Below, in pieces: positions 14,931-28,700 of a stretch of 64,000 bases of DNA; position 1 is the stretch's first letter; each line of letters starts with the position of its first letter. The stretch is from positions 20,832,001-20,896,000 of the forward strand of contig OZ024744.1 of NCBI GenBank assembly GCA_964016885.1. Direction: 5' to 3'. The stretch comes from Eledone cirrhosa. Lineage: Eukaryota. The notes below the pieces were generated by a model. The model did not search any database, was not told the origin of the DNA, and saw only the letters and a list, made by a program, of their open reading frames with translations. Both the position numbers and the translations under genes were made by a program.

Positions 14931-16369
14931 CAGTTCAAACTTAAGAAATGACTCGTTTTAACAAAAGTTGAATCTTATGAACTCACTCATTTTAACAACA
15001 GTTGAATCTTAAGATAACATTCGTTTTAACAACAGTTGAATCTTAAGAACTGATTCGTTTTAACAACAGTTGAATCTTAAGATAAAACTCGTTTTAACAA
15101 CACTTGAATCTTAAGAACGGACTCGTTTTAACAACACCTGAATCTTAAGATAAAACTCGTTTTAACAACAGTTGAATCTTAAGAACTGATTCGTTTTAAC
15201 AACAGTTCAAACTTAAGAACTGACTCGTTTTAACAACAGTTGAATCTTATGAACTGACTCATTTTAACAACAGTTGAATCTTAAGATAACATTCGTTTTA
15301 ACAACAGTTGAATCTTAAGAACTGACTCGTTTTAACAACAGTTGAATCTTAAAGATAAAACTCGTTTCGACAACAGTTGAATCTTAAGAACTGACTCGTT
15401 TTAACAACAGCTGAATCTTAAGATAAAACTCGTTTTAACAACAGTTGAATCTTAAGAACTGACTCGTTTTAACGACAGCTGAATCTTAAGATAAAACTCG
15501 TTTTAACAACAGTTCAAACTTAAGAAATGACTCGTTTTAACAACAGTTGAATCTTATGAACTGACTCATTTTAACAACAGTTGAATCTTAAGAACTGATT
15601 CGTTTTAACAACAGCTGAATCTTAAGATAAAACTCGTTTTAACAACAGTTGAATCTTAAGAACTGATTCGTTTTAACAACAGCTGAATCTTAAGATAAAA
15701 CTCGTTTTAACAACAGTTGAATCTTAAGAACTGACTCGTTTTAACAACAGCTGAATCTTAAGATAAAACTCGTTTTAACAACAGTTGAATCTTAAGATAA
15801 AACTCGTTTTAACAACAGTTCAAACTTAAGAAATGACTCGTTTTAACAAAAGTTGAATCTTATGAACTCACTCATTTTAACAACAGTTGAATCTTAAGAT
15901 AACATTCGTTTTAACAACAGTTGAATCTTAAGAACTGATTCGTTTTAATAACAGTTGAATGTTAAGATAAAACTCGTTTTAACAACAGTTGAATCTTAAG
16001 AACTGACTCGTTTTAACAACAGCTGAATCTTAAGATAAAACTCGTTTTAACAACAGTTGATTCTTAAGAACTGACTCGTTTTAACAACAGCTGAATCTTA
16101 AGATAAAACTCGTTTTAACAACAGTTGAATCTTAAGATAAAACTCGTTTTAACAACAGTTGAATCTTAAGAACTGACTCGTTTTAACAACAGTTGAATCT
16201 TAAGATAAAACTCGTTTTAACAACAGTTGAATCTTATGAACTAACTCATTTTAACAACAGTTGAATCTTAAGTTAAGACTCGTTTTAACAACAGTTGAAT
16301 CTTAAGAACTGACTCGTTTTAACGACAGCTGAATCTTAAGATAAAACTCGTTTTAACAACAGTTGGATC

Positions 16370-19300
16370 TTAAGAACTGACTCGTTTTAACAACAGTTGA
16401 ATCTTACGATAAAACTCGTTTTAACAACAGTTGAATCTTATGAACTAACTCATTTTAACAACAGTTGAATCTTAAGTTAAGACTCGTTTTAACAACAGTT
16501 GAATCTTAAGAACTGACTCGTTTTAACAACAGTTGAATCTTAAGACAAAACCCGTTTTAACAACAGTTGAGTCTTAAGAACTGTCTCGTTTTAACAACAT
16601 TTGAATCTTAAGATAAACCTCGTTTTAACAACAGTTTAATCTTAAGAACTGACTCGTTTTAACAACAGTTGAATCTTAAGACAAAACTCGTTTTAACAAC
16701 AGTTGAATCTTAAGAACTGACTTGTTCTAACAACAGTTCAGCCTTAAGAACTGACTCGTTTTAAAACAGTTGAATCGTTAGAACTGACTCGTTTTAACAA
16801 CAGTTGAATCTTAAAATAAAACTCGTTTTAACAAAAGTTGAATCTCAAGAACTGACTCGTTTTAGCAACAGTTGAATCTTAAGATAACACTCGTTTTCAT
16901 AACAGTTGAATCTTAAGAACTGTCTCGTTTTAACAACAGTTGAATTTTAAGATAAACCTCGTTTTGACAACAGTTGAATCTTAAGAACTGACTCGTTTTA
17001 ACAACAGTTAAATCTTAATAACTGACTCGTTTTAACAACAGTTGAATGTTAAGATAAAACTCGTTTTAACAATAGTTGAATCTTAAGAACTGACTCGTTT
17101 TAACAACAGTTGAATCTTAAGATAAAACTCGTTTTAACAACTGTTGAATCTTAAGAACTGACTCGTTTTAACAACAGCTGAATCTTAAGATAAACTCGTT
17201 TTAACAACAGTTGAATCTTAAGAACTGACTCGTTTTAACAACTGTTGAATCTTCAAATAAAACTCGTTTTAACAACAGTTGAATCTTAAGAACTGACTCG
17301 TTTTAACAACAGTTGAATGTTAAGATAAAACTCGTTTTAACAATAGTGGAATCTTAAGAACTGACTCGTTTTAACAACAGTTGAATCTTAAGATAAAACT
17401 CGTTTTAACAACAGTTGAATCTTAAGAACTGACTCGTGTTAACAACAGCTGAATCTTAAGATAAAACTCGTTTTAACAACAGTTGAATCTTAAGATAAAA
17501 CTCGTTTTAACAACAGTTGAATCTTAAGTACTGACTCGTTTTAACAACAGTTGAATCTTAAGATAAAACTCGTTTTTACAACAGTTGAATCTTATGAGCT
17601 AACTCATTTTAACAACAGTTGAATCTTAAGTTAAGACTCGTTTTAACAACAGTTGAATCTTAAGAACTGACTCGTTTTAACGACAGCTGAATCTTAAGAT
17701 AAAACTCGTTTTAACAACAGTTGGATCTTAAGAACTGACTCGTTTTAACAACAGTTGAATCTTACGATAAAACTCGTTTTAACAACAGTTGAATCTTATG
17801 AACTAACTCATTTTAACAATAGTTGAATCTTAAGTTAAGACTCGTTTTAACAACAGTTGAATCTTAAGAACTGACTCGTTTTAACAACAGTTGAATATTA
17901 AGACAAAACCCGTTTTAACAACAGTTGAATCTTAAGAACTGTCTCGTTTTAACAACAGTTGAATCTTAAGATAAACCTCGTTTTAACAACAGTTTAATCT
18001 TAAGAACTGACTCGTTTTAACAACAGTTGGATCTTAAGACAAAACTCGTTTTAACAACAGTTGAATCTTAAGAACTGACTTGTTCTAACAACAGTTCAGC
18101 CTTAAGAACTGACTCGTTTTAAAACAGTTGAATCGTTAAAACTGACTCGTTTTAACAACAGTTGAATCTTAAAATAAAACTCGTTTTAACAATAGTTGAA
18201 TCTCAAGAACTGACTCGTTTTAGCAACAGTTGAATCTTAAGATAACACTCGTTTTCATAACAGTTGAATCTTAAGAACTGACTCGTTTTAACAACAGTTA
18301 AATCTTAATAATTGACTCGTTTTAACAACAGTTGAATGTTAAGATAAAACTCGTTTTAACAATAGTTGAATCTTAAGAACTGACTCGTTTTAACAACAGT
18401 TGAATGTTAAGATAAAACTCGTTTTAACAATAGTGGAATCTTAAGAACTGACTCGTTTTAACAACAGTTGAATCTTAAGATAAAAATCGTTTTAACAACA
18501 GTTGAATCTTAAGAACTGACTCGTTTTAACAACAGCTGAATCTTAAGATAAAACTCGTTTTAACAACAGTTCAAACTTAAGAAATGACTCGTTTTAACAA
18601 AAGTTGAATCTTATGAACTCACTCATTTTAACAACAGTTGAATCTTAAGATAACATTCGTTTTAACAACAGTTGAATCTTAAGAACTGATTCGTTTTAAC
18701 AACAGTTGAATCTTAAGATAAAACTCGTTTTAACAACAGTTGAATCTTAAGAACGGACTCGTTTTAACAACAGCTGAATCTTAAGATGAAACTCGTTTTA
18801 ACAACAGTTGAATCTTAAGAACTGATTCGTTTTAACAACAGTTCAAACTTAAGAACTGATTCGTTTTAACAACAGTTGAATCTTAAGATAACATTCGTTT
18901 TAACAACAGTTGAATCTTACGAACTGACTCGTTTTAACAACAGTTGAATCTTAAGATAAAACTCGTTTTAACAACAGTTGAATCTTAAGAACTGACTCGT
19001 TTTAACGACAGCTGAATCTTAAGATAAATCTCGTTTTAACAACAGTTGAATCGTAAGAACTGACTCGTTTTAACGACAGCTGAATCTTAAGATAAAACTC
19101 GTTTTAACAACAGTTCAAACTTAAGAAATGACTCGTTTTAACAACAGTTGAATCTTATGAACTGACTTATTTTAACAACAGTTGAATCTTAAGAACTGAT
19201 TCGTTTTAACAACAGCTGAATCTTAAGATAAAACTCGTTTTAACAACAGTTGAATCTTAAGAACTGACTCGTTTTAACAACAGCTGAATCTTAAGATAAA

Positions 19301-22300
19301 ACTCGTTTTAACAACCGTTGAATCTTAAGAACTGACTCGTTTTAACAACAGTTGAATCTTACGATAAAACTCGTTTTAACAACAGTTGAATCTTATGAAC
19401 TAACTCATTTTAACAACAGTTGAATCTTAAGTTAAGACTCGTTTTAACAACAGTTGAATCTTAAGAACTGACTCGTTTTAACAACAGTTGAATCTTAAGA
19501 CAAAACCCGTTTTAACAACAGTTGAGTCTTAAGAACTGTCTCGTTTTAACAACATTTGAATCTTAAGATAAACCTCGTTTTAACAACAGTTTAATCTAAA
19601 GAACTGACTCGTTTTAACAACAGTTGAATCTTAAGACAAAACTCGTTTTAACAACAGTTGAATCTTAAGAACTGACTTGTTCTAACAACAGTTCAGCCTT
19701 AAGAACTGACTCGTTTTAAAACAGTTGAATCGTTAGAACTGACTCGTTTTAACAACAGTTGAATCTTAAAATAAAACTCGTTTTAACAAAAGTTGAATCT
19801 CAAGAACTGACTCGTTTTAGCAACAGTTGAATCTTAAGATAACACTCGTTTTCATAACAGTTGAATCTTAAGAACTGTCTCGTTTTAACAACAGTTGAAT
19901 TTTAAGATAAACCTCGTTTTGACAACAGTTGAATCTTAAGAACTGACTCGTTTTAACAACAGTTAAATCTTAATAACTGACTCGTTTTAACAACAGTTGA
20001 ATGTTAAGATAAAACTCGTTTTAACAATAGTTGAATCTTAAGAACTGACTCGTTTTAACAACAGTTGAATCTTAAGATAAAACTCGTTTTAACAACTGTT
20101 GAATCTTAAGAACTGACTCGTTTTAACAACAGCTGAATCTTAAGATAAACTCGTTTTAACAACAGTTGAATCTTAAGAACTGACTCGTTTTAACAACAGT
20201 TGAATCTTCAAATAAAACTCGTTTTAACAACAGTTGAATCTTAAGAACTGACTCGTTTTAACAACAGTTGAATGTTAAGATAAAACTCGTTTTAACAATA
20301 GTGGAATCTTAAGAACTGACTCGTTTTAACAACAGTTGAATCTTAAGATAAAACTCGTTTTAACAACAGTTGAATCTTAAGAACTGACTCGTTTTAACAA
20401 CAGCTGAATCTTAAGATAAAACTCGTTTTAACAACAGTTGAATCTTAAGATAAAACTCGTTTTAACAACAGTTGAATCTTAAGTACTGACTCGTTTTAAC
20501 AACAGTTGAATCTTAAGATAAAACTCGTTTTTACAACAGTTGAATCTTATGAGCTAACTCATTTTAACAACAGTTGAATCTTAAGTTAAGACTCGTTTTA
20601 ACAACAGTTGAATCTTAAGAACTGACTCGTTTTAACGACAGCTGAATCTTAAGATAAAACTCGTTTTAACAACAGTTGGATCTTAAGAACTGACTCGTTT
20701 TAACAACAGTTGAATCTTACGATAAAACTCGTTTTAACAACAGTTGAATCTTATGAACTAACTCATTTTAACAATAGTTGAATCTTAAGTTAAGACTCGT
20801 TTTAACAACAGTTGAATCTTAAGAACTGACTCGTTTTAACAACAGTTGAATATTAAGACAAAACCCGTTTTAACAACAGTTGAATCTTAAGAACTGTCTC
20901 GTTTTAACAACAGTTGAATCTTAAGATAAACCTCGTTTTAACAACAGTTTAATCTTAAGAACTGACTCGTTTTAACAACAGTTGAATCTTAAGACAAAAC
21001 TCGTTTTAACAACAGTTGAATCTTAAGAACTGACTTGTTCTAACAACAGTTCAGCCTTAAGAACTGACTCGTTTTAAAACAGTTGAATCGTTAAAACTGA
21101 CTCGTTTTAACAACAGTTGAATCTTAAAATAAAACTCGTTTTAACAATAGTTGAATCTCAAGAACTGACTCGTTTTAGCAACAGTTGAATCTTAAGATAA
21201 CACTCGTTTTCATAACAGTTGAATCTTAAGAACTGACTCGTTTTAACAACAGTTAAATCTTAATAATTGACTCGTTTTAACAACAGTTGAATGTTAAGAT
21301 AAAACTCGTTTTAACAATAGTTGAATCTTAAGAACTGACTCGTTTTAACAACAGTTGAATGTTAAGATAAAACTCGTTTTAACAATAGTGGAATCTTAAG
21401 AACTGACTCGTTTTAACAACAGTTGAATCTTAAGATAAAAATCGTTTTAACAACAGTTGAATCTTAAGAACTGACTCGTTTTAACAACAGCTGAATCTTA
21501 AGATAAAACTCGTTTTAACAACAGTTCAAACTTAAGAAATGACTCGTTTTAACAAAAGTTGAATCTTATGAACTCACTCATTTTAACAACAGTTGAATCT
21601 TAAGATAACATTCGTTTTAACAACAGTTGAATCTTAAGAACTGATTCGTTTTAACAACAGTTGAATCTTAAGATAAAACTCGTTTTAACAACAGTTGAAT
21701 CTTAAGAACGGACTCGTTTTAACAACAGCTGAATCTTAAGATGAAACTCGTTTTAACAACAGTTGAATCTTAAGAACTGATTCGTTTTAACAACAGTTCA
21801 AACTTAAGAACTGATTCGTTTTAACAACAGTTGAATCTTAAGATAACATTCGTTTTAACAACAGTTGAATCTTACGAACTGACTCGTTTTAACAACAGTT
21901 GAATCTTAAGATAAAACTCGTTTTAACAACAGTTGAATCTTAAGAACTGACTCGTTTTAACGACAGCTGAATCTTAAGATAAATCTCGTTTTAACAACAG
22001 TTGAATCTGAAGAACTGACTCGTTTTAACGACAGCTGAATCTTAAGATAAAACTCGTTTTAACAACAGTTCAAACTTAAGAAATGACTCGTTTTAACAAC
22101 AGTTGAATCTTATGAACTGACTTATTTTAACAACAGTTGAATCTTAAGAACTGATTCGTTTTAACAACAGCTGAATCTTAAGATAAAACTCGTTTTAACA
22201 ACAGTTGAATCTTAAGAACTGACTCGTTTTAACAACAGCTGAATCTTAAGATAAAACTCGTTTTAACAACAGTTGAATCTTAAGATAAAACTCGTTTTAA

Positions 22301-25300
22301 CAACAGTTGAATCTTAAGAACTGACTCTTTTTAACAACAGTTGAATCTTAAGATAAAACTCGTTTTAACAACAGTTGAATCTTATGAGCTAACTCATTTT
22401 AACAACAGTTGAATCTTAAGTTAAGACTCGTTTTAACAACAGTTGAATCTTAAGAACTGACTCGTTTTAACAACAGCTGAATCTTAAGATAAAACTCGTT
22501 TTAACAACCGTTGAATCTTAAGAACTGACTCGTTTTAACAACAGTTGAATCTTACGATAAAACTCGTTTTAACAACAGTTGAATCTTATGAACTAACTCA
22601 TTTTAACAACAGTTGAATCTTAAGTTAAGACTCGTTTTAACAACAGTTGAATCTTAAGAACTGACTCGTTTTAACAACAGTTGAATCTTAAGACAAAACC
22701 CGTTTTAACAACAGTTGAGTCTTAAGAACTGTCTCGTTTTAACAACATTTGAATCTTAAGATAAACCTCGTTTTAACAACAGTTTAATCTTAAGAACTGA
22801 CTCGTTTTAACAACAGTTGAATCTTAAGACAAAACTCGTTTTAACAACAGTTGAATCTTAAGAACTGACTTGTTCTAACAACAGTTCAGCCTTAAGAACT
22901 GACTCGTTTTAAAACAGTTGAATCGTTAGAACTGACTCGTTTTAACAACAGTTGAATCTTAAAATAAAACTCGTTTTAACAAAAGTTGAATCTCAAGAAC
23001 TGACTCGTTTTAGCAACAGTTGAATCTTAAGATAACACTCGTTTTCATAACAGTTGAATCTTAAGAACTGTCTCGTTTTAACAACAGTTGAATTTTAAGA
23101 TAAACCTCGTTTTGACAACAGTTGAATCTTAAGAACTGACTCGTTTTAACAACAGTTAAATCTTAATAACTGACTCGTTTTAACAACAGTTGAATGTTAA
23201 GATAAAACTCGTTTTAACAATAGTTGAATCTTAAGAACTGACTCGTTTTAACAACAGTTGAATCTTAAGATAAAACTCGTTTTAACAACTGTTGAATCTT
23301 AAGAACTGACTCGTTTTAACAACAGCTGAATCTTAAGATAAACTCGTTTTAACAACAGTTGAATCTTAAGAACTGACTCGTTTTAACAACAGTTGAATCT
23401 TCAAATAAAACTCGTTTTAACAACAGTTGAATCTTAAGAACTGACTCGTTTTAACAACAGTTGAATGTTAAGATAAAACTCGTTTTAACAATAGTGGAAT
23501 CTTAAGAACTGACTCGTTTTAACAACAGTTGAATCTTAAGATAAAACTCGTTTTAACAACAGTTGAATCTTAAGAACTGACTCGTTTTAACAACAGCTGA
23601 ATCTTAAGATAAAACTCGTTTTAACAACAGTTGAATCTTAAGATAAAACTCGTTTTAACAACAGTTGAATCTTAAGTACTGACTCGTTTTAACAACAGTT
23701 GAATCTTAAGATAAAACTCGTTTTTACAACAGTTGAATCTTATGAGCTAACTCATTTTAACAACAGTTGAATCTTAAGTTAAGACTCGTTTTAACAACAG
23801 TTGAATCTTAAGAACTGACTCGTTTTAACGACAGCTGAATCTTAAGATAAAACTCGTTTTAACAACAGTTGGATCTTAAGAACTGACTCGTTTTAACAAC
23901 AGTTGAATCTTACGATAAAACTCGTTTTAACAACAGTTGAATCTTATGAACTAACTCATTTTAACAATAGTTGAATCTTAAGTTAAGACTCGTTTTAACA
24001 ACAGTTGAATCTTAAGAACTGACTCGTTTTAACAACAGTTGAATATTAAGACAAAACCCGTTTTAACAACAGTTGAATCTTAAGAACTGTCTCGTTTTAA
24101 CAACAGTTGAATCTTAAGATAAACCTCGTTTTAACAACAGTTTAATCTTAAGAACTGACTCGTTTTAACAACAGTTGAATCTTAAGACAAAACTCGTTTT
24201 AACAACAGTTGAATCTTAAGAACTGACTTGTTCTAACAACAGTTCAGCCTTAAGAACTGACTCGTTTTAAAACAGTTGAATCGTTAAAACTGACTCGTTT
24301 TAACAACAGTTGAATTTAAAATAAAACTCGTTTTAACAATAGTTGAATCTCAAGAACTGACTCGTTTTAGCAACAGTTGAATCTTAAGATAACACTCGTT
24401 TTCATAACAGTTGAATCTTAAGAACTGACTCGTTTTAACAACAGTTAAATCTTAATAATTGACTCGTTTTAACAACAGTTGAATGTTAAGATAAAACTCG
24501 TTTTAACAATAGTTGAATCTTAAGAACTGACTCGTTTTAACAACAGTTGAATGTTAAGATAAAACTCGTTTTAACAATAGTGGAATCTTAAGAACTGACT
24601 CGTTTTAACAACAGTTGAATCTTAAGATAAAAATCGTTTTAACAACAGTTGAATCTTAAGAACTGACTCGTTTTAACAACAGCTGAATCTTAAGATAAAA
24701 CTCGTTTTAACAACAGTTCAAACTTAAGAAATGACTCGTTTTAACAAAAGTTGAATCTTATGAACTCACTCATTTTAACAACAGTTGAATCTTAAGATAA
24801 CATTCGTTTTAACAACAGTTGAATCTTAAGAACTGATTCGTTTTAACAACAGTTGAATCTTAAGATAAAACTCGTTTTAACAACAGTTGAATCTTAAGAA
24901 CGGACTCGTTTTAACAACAGCTGAATCTTAAGATGAAACTCGTTTTAACAACAGTTGAATCTTAAGAACTGATTCGTTTTAACAACAGTTCAAACTTAAG
25001 AACTGATTCGTTTTAACAACAGTTGAATCTTAAGATAACATTCGTTTTAACAACAGTTGAATCTTACGAACTGACTCGTTTTAACAACAGTTGAATCTTA
25101 AGATAAAACTCGTTTTAACAACAGTTGAATCTTAAGAACTGACTCGTTTTAACGACAGCTGAATCTTAAGATAAATCTCGTTTTAACAACAGTTGAATCT
25201 TAAGAACTGACTCGTTTTAACGACAGCTGAATCTTAAGATAAAACTCGTTTTAACAACAGTTCAAACTTAAGAAATGACTCGTTTTAACAACAGTTGAAT

Positions 25301-25700
25301 CTTATGAACTGACTTATTTTAACAACAGTTGAATCTTAAGAACTGATTCGTTTTAACAACAGCTTCTTCTTAAGATAAAACTCGTTTTAACAACAGTTGA
25401 ATCTTAAGAACTGACTCGTTTTAACAACAGCTGAATCTTAAGAACTGACTCTTTTTAACAACAGTTGAATCTTAAGATAAAACTCGTTTTAACAACAGTT
25501 GAATCTTAAGAACTGACTCTTTTTAACAACAGTTGAATCTTAAGATAAAACTCGTTTTAACAACAGTTGAATCTTATGAGCTAACTCATTTTAACAACAG
25601 TTGAATCTTAAGTTAAGACTCGTTTTAACAACAGTTGAATCTTAAGAACTGACTCGTTTTAACAACAGCTGAATCTTAAGATAAAACTCGTTTTAACAAC
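16370..25700. repeat. Three consecutive ~3-kb HOR copies (periods 2,955 and 3,193 bp; 87 and 94 monomers)
   Basis: TTCAGCC landmarks 16737/19692/22885 and 18095/21050/24243, and ACGATAAA at 16406/19361/22554, all give +2955 then +3193. Confidence 0.9.
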
Positions 25701-28700
25701 CGTTGAATCTTAAGAACTGACTCGTTTTAACAACAGCTGAATCTCAAGATAAAACTCGTTTTAACAACAGTTGAATCTTAAGATAAAACTCGTTTTAACA
25801 ACAGTTGAATCTTAAGTACTGACTCGTTTTAACAACAGTTGAATCTTATGATAAAACTCGTTTTAACAACAGTTGAATCTTATGAGCTAACTCATTTTAA
25901 CAACAGTTGAATCTTAAGTTAAGACTCGTTTTAACAACAGTTGAATCTTAAGAACTGACTCGTTTTAACGACAGCTGAATCTTAAGACAAAACCCGTTTT
26001 AACAATAGTTGAATCTTAAGAACTGACTCGTTTTAACAACAGTTGAATCTTAAGATAAAACTCGTTTTAACAACTGTTGAATCTTAAGAACTGACTCGTT
26101 TTAACAACAGCTGAATCTTAAGATAAAACTCGTTTTAACAACAGTTGAATCTTAAGAACTGACTCGTTTTAACAACAGTTGAATCTTCAAATAAAACTCG
26201 TTTTAACAACAGTTGAATCTTAAGAACTGACTCGTTTTAACAACAGTTGAATGTTAAGATAAAACTCGTTTTAACAATAGTGGAATCTTAAGAACTGACT
26301 CGTTTTAACAACAGTTGAATCTTAAGATAAAACTCGTTTTAACAACAGTTGAATCTTAAGAACTGACTCGTTTTAACAACAGCTGAATCTTAAGATAAAA
26401 CTCGTTTTAACAACAGTTCAAACTTAAGAAATGACTCGTTTTAACAAAAGTTGAATCTTATGAACTCACTCATTTTAACAACAGTTGAATCTTAAGATAA
26501 CATTCGTTTTAACAACAGTTGAATCTTAAGAACTGATTCGTTTTAACAACAGTTGAATCTTAAGATAAAACTCGTTTTAACAACACTTGAATCTTAAGAA
26601 CGGACTCGTTTTAACAACACCTGAATCTTAAGATAAAACTCGTTTTAACAACAGTTGAATCTTAAGAACTGATTCGTTTTAACAACAGTTCAAACTTAAG
26701 AACTGACTCGTTTTAACAACAGTTGAATCTTATGAACTGACTCATTTTAACAACAGTTGAATCTTAAGATAACATTCGTTTTAACAACAGTTGAATCTTA
26801 AGAACTGACTCGTTTTAACAACAGTTGAATCTTAAAGATAAAACTCGTTTCGACAACAGTTGAATCTTAAGAACTGACTCGTTTTAACAACAGCTGAATC
26901 TTAAGATAAAACTCGTTTTAACAACAGTTGAATCTTAAGAACTGACTCGTTTTAACGACAGCTGAATCTTAAGATAAAACTCGTTTTAACAACAGTTCAA
27001 ACTTAAGAAATGACTCGTTTTAACAACAGTTGAATCTTATGAACTGACTCATTTTAACAACAGTTGAATCTTAAGAACTGATTCGTTTTAACAACAGCTG
27101 AATCTTAAGATAAAACTCGTTTTAACAACAGTTGAATCTTAAGAACTGATTCGTTTTAACAACAGCTGAATCTTAAGATAAAACTCGTTATAACAACAGT
27201 TGAATCTTAAGAACTGACTCGTTTTAACAACAGCTGAATCTTAAGATAAAACTCGTTTTAACAACAGTTGAATCTTAAGATAAAACTCGTTTTAACAACA
27301 GTTCAAACTTAAGAAATGACTCGTTTTAACAAAAGTTGAATCTTATGAACTCACTCATTTTAACAACAGTTGAATCTTAAGATAACATTCGTTTTAACAA
27401 CAGTTGAATCTTAAGAACTGATTCGTTTTAATAACAGTTGAATGTTAAGATAAAACTCGTTTTAACAACAGTTGAATCTTAAGAACTGACTCGTTTTAAC
27501 AACAGCTGAATCTTAAGATAAAACTCGTTTTAACAACAGTTGATTCTTAAGAACTGACTCGTTTTAACAACAGCTGAATCTTAAGATAAAACTCGTTTTA
27601 ACAACAGTTGAATCTTAAGATAAAACTCGTTTTAACAACAGTTGAATCTTAAGAACTGACTCGTTTTAACAACAGTTGAATCTTAAGATAAAACTCGTTT
27701 TAACAACAGTTGAATCTTATGAACTAACTCATTTTAACAACAGTTGAATCTTAAGTTAAGACTCGTTTTAACAACAGTTGAATCTTAAGAACTGACTCGT
27801 TTTAACGACAGCTGAATCTTAAGATAAAACTCGTTTTAACAACAGTTGGATCTTAAGAACTGACTCGTTTAACAACAGTTGAATCTTACGATAAAACTCG
27901 TTTTAACAACAGTTGAATCTTATGAACTGACTTGTTCTAACAACAGTTCAGCCTTAAGAACTGACTCGTTTTAAAACAGTTGAATCGTTAGAACTGACTC
28001 GTTTTAACAACAGTTGAATCTTAAAATAAAACTCGTTTTAACAAAAGTTGAATCTCAAGAACTGACTCGTTTTAGCAACAGTTGAATCTTAAGATAACAC
28101 TCGTTTTCATAACAGTTGAATCTTAAGAACTGTCTCGTTTTAACAACAGTTGAATTTTAAGATAAACCTCGTTTTGACAACAGTTGAATCTTAAGAACTG
28201 ACTCGTTTTAACAACAGTTAAATCTTAATAACTGACTCGTTTTAACAACAGTTGAATGTTAAGATAAAACTCGTTTTAACAATAGTTGAATCTTAAGAAC
28301 TGACTCGTTTTAACAACAGTTGAATCTTAAGATAAAACTCGTTTTAACAACTGTTGAATCTTAAGAACTGACTCGTTTTAACAACAGCTGAATCTTAAGA
28401 TAAACTCGTTTTAACAACAGTTGAATCTTAAGAACTGACTCGTTTTAACAACAGTTGAATCTTCAAATAAAACTCGTTTTAACAACAGTTGAATCTTAAG
28501 AACTGACTCGTTTTAACAACAGTTGAATGTTAAGATAAAACTCGTTTTAACAATAGTGGAATCTTAAGAACTGACTCGTTTTAACAACAGTTGAATCTTA
28601 AGATAAAACTCGTTTTAACAACAGTTGAATCTTAAGAACTGACTCGTTTTAACAACAGCTGAATCTTAAGATAAAACTCGTTTTAACAACAGTTGAATCT

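Noticed and set aside
12268-27872. Private 1-bp deletions (~12270, ~24315, ~27868)
   Set aside because: These are singletons in or next to homopolymers and are absent from sister copies. They cannot be distinguished from consensus sequencing errors.
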